A stretch of 64,000 bases of DNA from Pseudomonadales bacterium. Lineage in GTDB: Bacteria > Pseudomonadota > Gammaproteobacteria > Pseudomonadales > JAHRWD01. The stretch spans positions 387 to 64,386 of the forward strand of contig JAHRWD010000084.1 in NCBI GenBank assembly GCA_019090315.1. Direction: 5' to 3'. The number at the start of each line of letters is the position of its first letter. Position 1 is the first letter of the stretch. Below, in pieces: positions 41,262 to 50,772 of this stretch. Made by a program: the position numbers and the translations under genes. The notes below the pieces were generated by a model. The model did no database searches. It had not been told where the DNA came from and was given only the letters and a program-made list of their open reading frames with translations.

Positions 41262-41546
41262 CTGTTTGCCTATCGGGTATTAATAAATATTGAGGCTGCG
41301 TGCCTTCACCTTTTTGGGGTGGTTTTCCCGTTGCGATCTTGTGAATAGCGTTACGGGATGGGTTGCAGCGTTGGGGTGAATTATAGGAGCAAAAGAGAAG
41401 TTGATGATTGCTAGTTAACAGGAAAAATTGTCAATTTATGGGTATATTCGCTAAATAGTGTTTCTGTAATGGTGATATATTGCGTTATATTAAAGATTGA
41501 TAAAATATTTGCTTGTAAACAATTAGGAAAAAGCAGGAGGGAAGCT

Positions 41547-42017
41547 GTGAAACTCGATAGAACCGACAAACGGATACTGGAAGCCTTGCAGGAAAATAGT
41601 CGAATCAGCAATCTCGAATTGGCCGACAAAGTGGGTTTATCTCCGTCCCCCTGTTCTCGCCGTGTCAAACAATTAGAGGATGAGGGAGTAATCGATCGAT
41701 ATGTAACCCTGTTGAGTATGACTGCCCTGGGTTTGAAGCTAACCGCACTGGTTTCAATCAGCATGGACCGCCATACGCCGGATCGTTTTGAAAATTTCGA
41801 AAAGAAAGTAGCAGGGTTCCCCGAAGTGATGGAATGCTGCCTGATCACTGGGCAGACAGCAGATTATCAATTAAAAGTAGTAGTCCCGGATATGGAGCGC
41901 TACCAGGAGTTTTTATTAGGGAAGCTAACCCGGATAGAGGGGGTGAGTGGAGTGCAATCCAGTTTTGTGATGAAAACGCCCATCAGTCGTAGTCGCCTAC
42001 CGCTGATACATTGCTAA
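41547..42017 (+). CDS. lrp: Lrp/AsnC family transcriptional regulator
   Basis: KLDRTDKRILEALQENSRISNLELADKVGLSPSPCSRRVKQLE HTH plus a C-terminal RAM/AsnC domain. The GTG start at 41547 follows AGGAGG (41535-41540); the ORF-track ATG at 41469 adds an unlikely extension. Confidence 0.85.
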   Translation: MKLDRTDKRILEALQENSRISNLELADKVGLSPSPCSRRVKQLEDEGVIDRYVTLLSMTALGLKLTALVSISMDRHTPDRFENFEKKVAGFPEVMECCLITGQTADYQLKVVVPDMERYQEFLLGKLTRIEGVSGVQSSFVMKTPISRSRLPLIHC

Positions 42018-42041
42018 TAGCTAGCACCAGCTTGTCTGAAC

Positions 42042-43208
42042 CTATTCATATCGTTTGTCAGTGAGCGTGTGCAGGAATGCAACGATCGCATCCACTTCAT
42101 CGTCATCAAGGGCTGGCCCTTCCTCCAACTCCGTTGTTGCAACCGTATGCGGAGTTTCCGGATCGCTCCACGCCAAACCTGTCTCAGGATTAAGGGTACG
42201 GGATAGATTGTTGAATTTATCGTAAAACAGGACAACGGTTTGCAGATTAGAAAAAATTCCATTGTGCATATACGGGCCGGTGACACCTATGTTCCGTAGT
42301 GTTGGTACTTTGAATTTGCCCTCATGGGCATTGTTGCTGATGGCTGGGTTTTCCAGTAATCCATGATCGATATGGGTTGTGCCAAGACCATTCGCAGCAC
42401 GTACCGTTTCGTTGACCGGTATTCCAATATTGAAATATTTATGATTACTGAACAGCTCTTCAGCCCGTCCGGGCAGAGTTTTTAGCTGGTGGCAGGTATG
42501 GCAATTGGTAAATTGGGCCGAGAAAAAAAGTGTTTCGCCCAGGGACTCCTCAGCGGTCATTGTGTAAGGATCATCACCGCCGTAGCCGCTGCGGGAGCGA
42601 TCATATTTGGAATCAAACGGCGCAAAGGTATCGGTCATTTCAAATGCTGCAATGCTTTCTGCCATCGCACTGTAGGCAAGATCAACATCGTCGAAAATAT
42701 CCATGCCAAAAAGATCCTGAAAAGTGACCACGTAGTCGCTGTTTTCAAGTATTCGATCTACAGTGGAAGCGTTGTTTGGCATACCCATCTCAATGGCGTT
42801 AGTGGGTGGCCCCGCAGCTTGATCAGCAAGGGTGGATGCTCTGCCATCGTGAAACTGTCCGCCTGTTGGGTCTCCTCCATTCAGATCAAATGCTGGTATC
42901 AACTGAGCATACGCAGCGGTGGGTGCGTTGCGATCCCCGAGCGAAACCCCGTCATCTCCCAGCGATACTGCGCCATTTACCCCGTTATCTCGTGGATCGA
43001 TAAATGCATTCTCGGGATCGTGGCAACTAGCGCAAGACTGGTTGCGAGTAAGGGACAGGTTTTTATCAAAAAACAGTAGCTCACCTAACTCGGCGATACT
43101 CATTGATGAGTCGTTTTGTGTGTCGGTTCCGGAACCATTTTCGGAACTGCCACCGCAACCGATGAGTAGCATGAACGTAGTAGCGATAATCCAGTGTAAT
43201 ATCTTCAT
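42042..43208 (-). CDS. di-haem cytochrome c peroxidase family lipoprotein (CCP/MauG-like)
   Basis: 388 aa with a lipobox (MLLIGCGG) and two CxxCH motifs (CASCH, CHTCH). VPTLRN and the C-terminal AFLHTLTD are typical of CCP-family proteins. Confidence 0.8.
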   Translation of the reverse strand: MKILHWIIATTFMLLIGCGGSSENGSGTDTQNDSSMSIAELGELLFFDKNLSLTRNQSCASCHDPENAFIDPRDNGVNGAVSLGDDGVSLGDRNAPTAAYAQLIPAFDLNGGDPTGGQFHDGRASTLADQAAGPPTNAIEMGMPNNASTVDRILENSDYVVTFQDLFGMDIFDDVDLAYSAMAESIAAFEMTDTFAPFDSKYDRSRSGYGGDDPYTMTAEESLGETLFFSAQFTNCHTCHQLKTLPGRAEELFSNHKYFNIGIPVNETVRAANGLGTTHIDHGLLENPAISNNAHEGKFKVPTLRNIGVTGPYMHNGIFSNLQTVVLFYDKFNNLSRTLNPETGLAWSDPETPHTVATTELEEGPALDDDEVDAIVAFLHTLTDKRYE

Positions 43209-43220
43209 AAAGTTGCTCTC

Positions 43221-44357
43221 TTAAGCCAGTACGGCATGGCTGAGATGATTATCAAAACGGGTGTTTTTCAGCACTAATGGGTTGTGATCCGGTTCCAGTA
43301 GAGCGGGTGATATCCGATGGACTTCACCACGCCCGGTAGTAATGACGAACTGGTTATCTTTATTCAAAGTGATACCACCCGCGTCCTTGACGGGTAGTGA
43401 TTTAATAAAACCCCCTTGCTCAATATTCCAGAATGTCACCAGATCACCCCTTGGGCAGGTCACTCCGGCAATACCGGTAGCGGAATCAATACAGGCGCTG
43501 GCGGTATATTGGTTCATCATTATCTGTGTGCTGTCATCAGCCATCATGGTTTGCAATTGCTGCTCACCCCGGTGGGTTGCAACCAATGGAACCTCATCTG
43601 TTTTTGCACCCTGGTATTGCATAATGGCGATAACCTGATCCTGTTCGCTGACATCCAGATGGCGAATGCTGAGCTTGTGATTTGGAGGGTGGTACTCGTC
43701 AAGTAGTTGATCTGTTTGGCTATCGATATAGCTGAGTGCCGGCTGCATAGTGTCGATGTTGAGTTTTTTACGCGGGTATTGCGGATGGGTTTGAATGCCA
43801 CCATTGGCTACCACCAGGGTTTTGTCATCACTCAGCAAACGTAGTTCGTGAGGGCCAATCCCGTAGGAGGGAAATTCATTCAAGATACGATAGTCGCGGG
43901 TATCGCGAACTACGATTACGCCTCGATTATTTTCAAAATCATTTTCAGAGGTATACAGGTAACGTCCATCTCTGGAAAAACAGCCATGCCCAAAAAAGTG
44001 TCGATTTGGTGCGCTGGCGATTTGTTTTGTGATGACCCCTTGCCGTAGATCTGCTTCAAATGCTGCTGTACCGGGACGGCGCGCAAACATCACTATCCTG
44101 TTGGTTTGTACAGGGTTTGCCGCAACGCCATGACCACGCATATCCGTAGCAAGTTGAAAACGTTTATTCCCGTTGGTATTAAAACCGCTGATATAGTGAT
44201 TGCCCTGTTTATCATCGCTAGCGGTAATAAAAAGCGTTGAATCTTCCTCTGATTTCCCCAGCCATTGCCACAAACCTGCGGTAGCCAGCGGCGCAATCAC
44301 GGCACCAGCTGCAGCTGTTTTCAAGAATTTTCGACGGGGCAGGTTATAGGGTTTCAT
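43221..44357 (-). CDS. DUF1513 domain protein with twin-arginine signal
   Basis: 378 aa with a Tat motif (RRKFLKTAAAGAV) and a beta-propeller-like repeat character. Its position after the imelysin genes matches known imelysin/DUF1111/DUF1513 clusters. Confidence 0.7.
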   Translation of the reverse strand: MKPYNLPRRKFLKTAAAGAVIAPLATAGLWQWLGKSEEDSTLFITASDDKQGNHYISGFNTNGNKRFQLATDMRGHGVAANPVQTNRIVMFARRPGTAAFEADLRQGVITKQIASAPNRHFFGHGCFSRDGRYLYTSENDFENNRGVIVVRDTRDYRILNEFPSYGIGPHELRLLSDDKTLVVANGGIQTHPQYPRKKLNIDTMQPALSYIDSQTDQLLDEYHPPNHKLSIRHLDVSEQDQVIAIMQYQGAKTDEVPLVATHRGEQQLQTMMADDSTQIMMNQYTASACIDSATGIAGVTCPRGDLVTFWNIEQGGFIKSLPVKDAGGITLNKDNQFVITTGRGEVHRISPALLEPDHNPLVLKNTRFDNHLSHAVLA

Positions 44358-44360
44358 TGG

Positions 44361-45482
44361 CTAATCACCATCATTCGCATTAAAGCCGATGGTTGCATCC
44401 AGTGAATAGGCAAAATCATTTTTCACAAAAGATGTGAGGTCAGAAAGTGTTTGTTCCAGAGCGATTGCGAGAGCGCTTTGGGCAGGATCCGTAATCGCAT
44501 CAGTAAGTGGAAGCGAGATGGTCTCTGCATCACTAATACTCTGTTGGATAAAGTCTTCCATCTCAATATCAATCAATGATTGATCCGCGACATCGTTGAT
44601 AAAATCATCAAGTCCAAATCCATCACCACCCCGGTAAAGTGTTCGTATTCCCTCCAGGTTTTTAATGATATTGGTTAGAGAATGGTGGCTGCGATAGGAC
44701 TCCACCGCCTGTTGATTGGGGGTGCCATTTCCGAGGGGTACAGTTAATTTTTTGTTTTTTGTGATTTCAAGCAGCTCAACCATACCGTTGACCAGTTCAT
44801 CGATGGCATCCTGATTGGTTGCAAATACTCCGCCATTGCCGGGGTTTACTAATTGTTCGCTGAAGCTGTCAGACCAGTTTTGATTCAGGGTAGTGGCGAG
44901 GGTATAAAGGTTGGCAGACACTGCCAGGGCTAGATCACACCGGCGCGCACCGTCCATTCCGTTCAGATCGACCAGAGGATCGCCGCTGTTGCTGGCAAAA
45001 AACAGGTATTCCAATATAGGCAAACCCTGTGATTGTACTGACTCGCCGGCAATAAATGCTTCACTGATAATTGACGGAGAAGCTACGATGAGTTCTGCGG
45101 CTATGCCCACTTTATTGGTTGGATCTGGCCAGAGCTGGATGCGTAGCATACGATTTTCTTCCATTACCGGGCCGGTACGTACGACCTGTAATGTTGACCA
45201 GGTATCCATTGCTGATTTCCAGCTGGTTTGCAGGATTGTAAGCCCGCCTGTTGTGTGGCTACCGGCAGCTTCATTGCAGAAATTTGTGGTATCGGTCAGT
45301 AACTCGGACAGCTGATTTTCAAATAATTCGTAAGCTGGAATAATCATTCGATTGACTGCATTTTCCACCGCCTGCTGCTGTAGATCTTCAATACTGGCAT
45401 CGCGATCACTATCACTGCTACAGCCCAAAAATAGTGTAGCGATGGCAGCACTGGTCACCGCCATCAGGGTTAGTTGTTTCAT
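44361..45482 (-). CDS. imelysin family lipoprotein (peptidase_M75-like), second copy
   Basis: 373 aa with a lipobox (LFLGCSS). It is all-helical and D/E/N/Q-rich, as in imelysin-like proteins, and lies 3 nt upstream of the DUF1513 gene. Confidence 0.65.
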   Translation of the reverse strand: MKQLTLMAVTSAAIATLFLGCSSDSDRDASIEDLQQQAVENAVNRMIIPAYELFENQLSELLTDTTNFCNEAAGSHTTGGLTILQTSWKSAMDTWSTLQVVRTGPVMEENRMLRIQLWPDPTNKVGIAAELIVASPSIISEAFIAGESVQSQGLPILEYLFFASNSGDPLVDLNGMDGARRCDLALAVSANLYTLATTLNQNWSDSFSEQLVNPGNGGVFATNQDAIDELVNGMVELLEITKNKKLTVPLGNGTPNQQAVESYRSHHSLTNIIKNLEGIRTLYRGGDGFGLDDFINDVADQSLIDIEMEDFIQQSISDAETISLPLTDAITDPAQSALAIALEQTLSDLTSFVKNDFAYSLDATIGFNANDGD

Positions 45483-45514
45483 ATTTATTTCCGCAGATAG
45501 ATATTGGTTTTTTG

Positions 45515-46975
45515 TTATAACGAATGGATAAATTCCAGCAATGCCGTGCGATCTTTCTTGTTCATGGCCATAAATTTGTCCCGTGCTGATGTTGCTTCAC
45601 CTCCGTGCCAAAGAATGGCTTCGCTTAAGGTGCGGGCACGACCGTCATGCAGGTAAAATGGCTTACCCGATACTTTTTCGCTTTTGCCAAGTCCCCACAG
45701 GGGTGATGTACGCCACTCGATTCCGCTGGCCTCAAAATCTGGCCGGCCATCCGCCAACCCTTCGCCCATATCGTGTAGTAGCAAATCACTGTATGGCCAT
45801 ATAGTTTGATTGGCTAACTCTGGCTCAATTGTTTTTGATGCGGTTTTATAACTGGGTCGATGACAGGTATTGCAGTTTGCCTGGTAGAACAGAGCGCGCC
45901 CGGCGAGTACCTGTTTATTGTTCCAGTTTTGGCGTATGGGTACAGCGAGGGTACGAAGAAAATAACTAACCGCATTGATCAGGTCTGGTTTGATCTCCAC
46001 ACCATAATTGGGATCGACACCATCTTTCGCCTGAAGGCAGGCCGGTTGGAGATCAGTGCAGGGTTGTTCAGGGGCCAGGTCGCTGGTTATACCGATATCA
46101 CCTCGAAAGGCGCTGGCTGTCTGGTGTGTAAGATCCGGCTGGTTTGCCTTGAGGCCGAAGCGGCCGATGACAGTGGTATTGGTTTGCCGATTCCATACCC
46201 GATTGACTCGACCGGAGATGCCGTCACTATTTTTATCGGCGGGATCCGCATAGCTTAAAATATCCTGCTCATCTATCGCCTCCAGTAAGCCCAATCCAAT
46301 CAACTGCTGCGCCATACGTGGGGAAAACAGTGTATCGGGATGCATATCACCCCAGGCAAGGTCGCGTACTTTATAAGTTGGTTTTCGTAGTGACCAGGTA
46401 CTGCCGTCTGCGTACTTTCCGTTGATAGTGGTGTATTCAATGTAGCTATGGACCTCACCGATAACGCCATCCCCTTCAGCTATACCATTCTGTCGCGCCA
46501 GCCCGAAATTGTTTTCCATACTGGTGCCTCGAACCTGTAGCTGGGTTCCATAGGTTGGTTCCGGCATTACACCAAGTTGCTTGTTTTTACCGGGAATACT
46601 TAGCCTTAAAAACATCGATAGCATTGGCTCATCGACGCTTGACGGGGGGCGACCACGTCCGGCACGTGGGTGGCAGGTAAAGCAGGCACGAGCATTGAAG
46701 AGTGGCCCAAGACCATCGCGATCAGAAGTGATGCTTGGAGCAATAACCCAGGGGTCACGAAAAAAAGATAGCCCAACGTAGAACTCACGTTGTCGCTGTT
46801 TGCTCAGGTTTTGCAGCGGCTGCATGAAATCAGAGCGAATTGAATCGACGCTGGTTAGACCGCCAGGTAGCCGCTCGTCTGCGCTTAATGCTGGAATACT
46901 GTCATCACTATTGCTACAGGCGTGCAGCAATAGCGTGAGAATCAGGGAAAAGAGAAAAAATGTATTTCTAATCAT
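45515..46975 (-). CDS. DUF1111 di-haem oxidoreductase (putative peroxidase) lipoprotein
   Basis: 486 aa with a lipobox (LLLHACSN) and two CxxCH motifs (CFTCH, CNTCH). The C-terminus reads LHDGRARTL.EAILWHGGEA ... LLEFIHSL. Confidence 0.8.
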   Translation of the reverse strand: MIRNTFFLFSLILTLLLHACSNSDDSIPALSADERLPGGLTSVDSIRSDFMQPLQNLSKQRQREFYVGLSFFRDPWVIAPSITSDRDGLGPLFNARACFTCHPRAGRGRPPSSVDEPMLSMFLRLSIPGKNKQLGVMPEPTYGTQLQVRGTSMENNFGLARQNGIAEGDGVIGEVHSYIEYTTINGKYADGSTWSLRKPTYKVRDLAWGDMHPDTLFSPRMAQQLIGLGLLEAIDEQDILSYADPADKNSDGISGRVNRVWNRQTNTTVIGRFGLKANQPDLTHQTASAFRGDIGITSDLAPEQPCTDLQPACLQAKDGVDPNYGVEIKPDLINAVSYFLRTLAVPIRQNWNNKQVLAGRALFYQANCNTCHRPSYKTASKTIEPELANQTIWPYSDLLLHDMGEGLADGRPDFEASGIEWRTSPLWGLGKSEKVSGKPFYLHDGRARTLSEAILWHGGEATSARDKFMAMNKKDRTALLEFIHSL

Positions 46976-47045
46976 AATGGTACCTGGCTACCAGGATCGC
47001 AAAACCGGTAGATTTTGCGATCCCGATTGACTGGGCGGTATAGGG

Positions 47046-48470
47046 TTAAATGTCCTCCTCTGTATCCTGATACAGGTCGCCTGCGGTCAGTTCCAGTGCG
47101 TTAATTGCATCCTCGATCAGATCAGTTTGCGCAGATAGTGCATCAATGGCTGCTTCAACCGCATCACGATCGGCTTCGCTACCACCGCTTCCGTTGGTGC
47201 GGATCTGGTTATCAAAGGGGTTATTTGCTTTTGCGCTGGCATCAATGACATCAATTTTGCTCATGCTGTCATCAAGGGCTGCCTGTAGATTGTCCGCGAG
47301 CGTTGAGTCAACCTCAGCCAACAGGTCTTTCACACTCGCTCCGGATACTACGGTGCCATCAACCTGGGTATAGCTTCCGGTGTAGGTGTTAACGATACCT
47401 CTGGCATCCAGAAGGATGTCGCGATGAGTATTGTCGCTGAAGCAGGAGTGCTCATCTTCCTGGGAATCAGTCACCAGGGCGATGTTCATACGCTCACCCG
47501 CAAGCTCTCCAAAACCAAGGCGTCCCATCGCTTCGAGCATTTTTGACAGGGATGTTTCGCCGCCGGCAATGAATGTATCGTAGTGATTGTCGGTAAGTGC
47601 AGGATCCCATGCAGTTTTCATCAGGGTCAGGTCATCAACCAATAGCTCGCTTACGGCAACAAGGTATGCTTTTCGACGATCACAAATGCTATCGGCTTGT
47701 GTGTTGGGGGAACCATCCGCAGCATTAAGTCCGCTGGTACAGCCTCCATTGGTGTTGTAGTCAGAGACCGGGCGTTGGCCACCGGACTGGTCACGGTTAC
47801 CTGTAGTCCAGATGTAAGCACCGTCGTTTAAGTCCTGCCCCCAGAGCAAAAACTCAATCGCGTGGTAGCCGGTTGCTACGTTCCTTTCATCATCACCCGC
47901 TTCATTCAGGCCTGTTAATACGGCCTTATCAATGATCGGTACGTTTGTTGTGTCAGAAATAATATTGCCAGTAATGGCGGTATTAAGGTTGTTGACAGTG
48001 CCATCATCGCCATCCACAGTACCGGTCGCGACATAGTCAATCAGTGCTTCACCGAGTGGCCAGGCGTTGATCCGACCTTCAGGGCCATCACCATCGTTAC
48101 CCATGGTTCCATCGTCATTGAGTGCATCAATGGGTCCGGCACGAAACCGCCATACTTCACTTTCGCCGTAGGGTTCACGAGCAGCCAGCCAGAGATTTTT
48201 CAGTGTAGTGAGATCGGCATTGGAGGGTGTATCAATAAGAACAAATGCGTCAATAGCTGTTTTTAATTCCTCGGCGGTGGAAACCGTGTCGCTGTATACG
48301 GCAAACGCCATATCTGCATTCTGGGTTACGACTTCTGTGATCGCTGCAGCTGAAATATCGTTGTTGTCATCTGAAGTTGGTGTGGAGCTGTCGTTGCTGC
48401 AACCCGCCAATAGCAGAGCTGAGCAACTGAGAGCCAGTGCGGTTTTCGGAATTCTTTGAAGATAATTCAT
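47046..48470 (-). CDS. imelysin family lipoprotein (IrpA / iron-regulated protein A-like), first copy
   Basis: 474 aa with a lipobox (LLLAGCSN). GYHAIEFLLWGQDL resembles the imelysin HxxE-containing helix. It is the first gene of the cluster, behind the Fur box. Confidence 0.7.
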   Translation of the reverse strand: MNYLQRIPKTALALSCSALLLAGCSNDSSTPTSDDNNDISAAAITEVVTQNADMAFAVYSDTVSTAEELKTAIDAFVLIDTPSNADLTTLKNLWLAAREPYGESEVWRFRAGPIDALNDDGTMGNDGDGPEGRINAWPLGEALIDYVATGTVDGDDGTVNNLNTAITGNIISDTTNVPIIDKAVLTGLNEAGDDERNVATGYHAIEFLLWGQDLNDGAYIWTTGNRDQSGGQRPVSDYNTNGGCTSGLNAADGSPNTQADSICDRRKAYLVAVSELLVDDLTLMKTAWDPALTDNHYDTFIAGGETSLSKMLEAMGRLGFGELAGERMNIALVTDSQEDEHSCFSDNTHRDILLDARGIVNTYTGSYTQVDGTVVSGASVKDLLAEVDSTLADNLQAALDDSMSKIDVIDASAKANNPFDNQIRTNGSGGSEADRDAVEAAIDALSAQTDLIEDAINALELTAGDLYQDTEEDI

Positions 48471-48626
48471 AGTACTAAATCTCCTTTAGGATGGGGTTCT
48501 GCGTAGAGAAATGGCTACTCAGCAACTGTTAGAAACTTCACGATACCCAGGGTGGATGAACCCGGATGCCAATGCGCTATGTCAAAACTCGTTCGTCATA
48601 AGATATAGCGCTAACAGTAACAAAAA

Positions 48627-48641
48627 TGATAACGATTATCA
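48627..48641. promoter_or_regulatory. Fur box (7-1-7 inverted repeat)
   Basis: TGATAAC-G-ATTATCA differs from the consensus TGATAAT-N-ATTATCA at one position. The wider context aaaTGATAACGATTATCAttt matches the 19-mer GATAATGATAATCATTATC well. It lies 157 bp upstream of the imelysin operon start. Confidence 0.6.
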
Positions 48642-48807
48642 TTTAACATGTAAACCCATTTTTCCCCTGTCAAAGATAGTGATTCCTGAGCAGCGGGAGT
48701 TGTGTTGTGGGCAGCTCCTCGCTACTTATCAAAAAAAGATAGTATGGTTTGCTAAATCGGCCGCTATCACGCTAATCTTCCGGGCTAAATAACGGGAAGG
48801 GAATCAG

Positions 48808-50697
48808 ATGTACTATTCAGAGCTGTATCAGCAATCAATTGAACAGCCCGAGCTGTTCTGGAAGCAACGTGCAGAAGAGATTGACTGGTACAAACAGCCC
48901 AGTAAAATTTTGGGTGTTGATGAATTGGGATCGGATCGCTGGTTTGCCGACGGTGAGCTGAATACCGCTTATCTGGCGTTGGATTACCATGTAAACAACG
49001 GCCGCGCGGATCAGGCCGCACTGATCTACGATTCACCGGTTACCGATACGGTAGAGCGATACAGCTATCGTGAACTGCGCGATCAGGTGGCACGTTTTGC
49101 TGGCGTACTGCGGGAGCAGGGCATCGAGCAGGGCGACCGCGTCATTATCTATATGCCGATGGTTCCACAAGCAGTGATTGCGATGCTGGCCTGTGCTCGA
49201 TTGGGTGCGGTGCACTCCGTAGTATTCGGTGGTTTTGCCGCCCGTGAGCTAGCTATTCGAATTGATGATGCCAAACCGAAACTACTGTTGGCCGCATCCT
49301 GCGGTATCGAAGTCGACAAAATCATTCCCTACAAACCACTGGTGGATCAGGCTGTGCAGCTGGCGGAATTTCCTCCACAGAGCTGTATTATTTTACAGCG
49401 CCCGCAGTTGCAGGCCGAGATGATCGAGGGCCAGGATCTGGATTGGCAGACCCTTGCCAGCAGCGCACAATCGGTCGAGCCGGTTCCCGTAAAGGCAACA
49501 GATCCTCTCTATATCCTCTACACCTCCGGCACCACGGGCAAACCCAAGGGTGTAGTGCGAGATAACGGTGGCCACGCGGTTGCGCTGAAATACAGCATGA
49601 AAGCGATCTACGATATCAATCCCGGTGAAGTGTTCTGGGCTGCTTCCGATATCGGTTGGGTGGTGGGCCACTCCTATATTGTTTACGCGCCCTTGCTGGC
49701 GGGATGCACAACCCTGATGTACGAAGGTAAGCCGGTGCGAACGCCGGATGCCGGTGCATTCTGGCGCGTGATTGAGCAGCACAAAGTGAAGGCCTGTTTT
49801 GCCGCGCCGACTGCTTTCAGGGCGATCAAAAAGGAAGATCCGGAAGGCAAGCTCAAACAGAATTACGATCTATCCAGCATGGACAACCTGTTTTTGGCGG
49901 GTGAGCGATTAGACCCACCGACTTACCATTGGCTAAAAGAGCTTTGTGAAATACCGGTAATTGATCACTGGTGGCAAACCGAAACCGGCTGGGCCATTGC
50001 TGGCAACCCAATGGGGCTTGGGCCACGGGAGACCAAAGCCGGCTCCGCAACTCTGCCATCCCCCGGTTTTAATGTGCAAATTGTCGATGAGGCGGGCAAA
50101 ACCCTGCCAGCGGGCAAACAGGGTGAAGTAGTGATCAAACGGCCACTACCGCCATCTTGTTTGCCAACCCTGTGGGATGATCATCAGCGTTTTACAGAAT
50201 CCTATATGTCAGAATTCCCCGGCTATTATCTGACCGGTGACGGCGGTTATTTCGATGAGGATGGCTACCTGTTCATCATGGGTCGTACAGATGATGTGAT
50301 CAACGTCGCTGGTCATCGGCTATCAACCGGCGAAATAGAAGAGGTGATCGCATCCCACAACGCCGTCGCTGAGTGCGCAGTGATCTCCCAAAATGATTCC
50401 CTCAAAGGCCAGTTGCCAATTGGTTTTGCGGTATTAAAAGATGGAGTCGATCTTGATCCTGCTCAATTACAGGCCGAAGTGGTCGCCCAGGTCAGAAATG
50501 ATATTGGGCCAATCGCTTGCTTCAAACGGTTAATGGTAGTGAATCGCCTGCCTAAAACCCGCTCCGGGAAAATCCTGCGTAAAACCATGAAAAGCATCGC
50601 CAATGGCGAGGCATACACCGCTCCCGGAACCATTGATGACCCCGCATCACTTGATGAAATTGCAGAGGCGCTGTTACTGGTACTGGCATCTTCCTGA
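48808..50697 (+). CDS. prpE: propionate--CoA ligase PrpE (acetyl-CoA synthetase family)
   Basis: 629 aa. The N-terminus YSELYQQSIEQPELFW parallels E. coli PrpE FSEFYQRSINEPEKFW. YTSGTTGKPKG, YYLTGD, and a C-terminal SGKILRK are present. Confidence 0.8.
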   Translation: MYYSELYQQSIEQPELFWKQRAEEIDWYKQPSKILGVDELGSDRWFADGELNTAYLALDYHVNNGRADQAALIYDSPVTDTVERYSYRELRDQVARFAGVLREQGIEQGDRVIIYMPMVPQAVIAMLACARLGAVHSVVFGGFAARELAIRIDDAKPKLLLAASCGIEVDKIIPYKPLVDQAVQLAEFPPQSCIILQRPQLQAEMIEGQDLDWQTLASSAQSVEPVPVKATDPLYILYTSGTTGKPKGVVRDNGGHAVALKYSMKAIYDINPGEVFWAASDIGWVVGHSYIVYAPLLAGCTTLMYEGKPVRTPDAGAFWRVIEQHKVKACFAAPTAFRAIKKEDPEGKLKQNYDLSSMDNLFLAGERLDPPTYHWLKELCEIPVIDHWWQTETGWAIAGNPMGLGPRETKAGSATLPSPGFNVQIVDEAGKTLPAGKQGEVVIKRPLPPSCLPTLWDDHQRFTESYMSEFPGYYLTGDGGYFDEDGYLFIMGRTDDVINVAGHRLSTGEIEEVIASHNAVAECAVISQNDSLKGQLPIGFAVLKDGVDLDPAQLQAEVVAQVRNDIGPIACFKRLMVVNRLPKTRSGKILRKTMKSIANGEAYTAPGTIDDPASLDEIAEALLLVLASS

Positions 50698-50772
50698 CAC
50701 CGTCGCTGCGGTGACCTACGATGGTTACCGCTGTGTTACAATCTTCGACCGTTTTTTGAATACGATCCAAAT

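Noticed and set aside
41262-41546. Search for a leucine-rich leader peptide or attenuator upstream of either leuA (also 5435..5557).
   Set aside because: There is no short ORF with consecutive Leu codons followed by alternative terminator/antiterminator hairpins on the relevant strands.
42489-43079. ORF 42489..43079 (+, 196 aa) antisense to the cytochrome c peroxidase gene. Similar long antisense ORFs lie at 2518..3045, 6155..6709, 41411..41848, 44911..45315 and 45860..46258.
   Set aside because: All lie fully within well-supported genes on the other strand and show no family features.
48511-48792. ORF 48511..48792 (+, 93 aa) spanning the Fur-box region; also considered a Fur-regulated PrrF-like sRNA here.
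   Set aside because: The ORF has no RBS and odd composition, and it runs through the operator. I could find no stem-loop followed by a U-run downstream of the Fur box on either strand, so an sRNA is unsupported.
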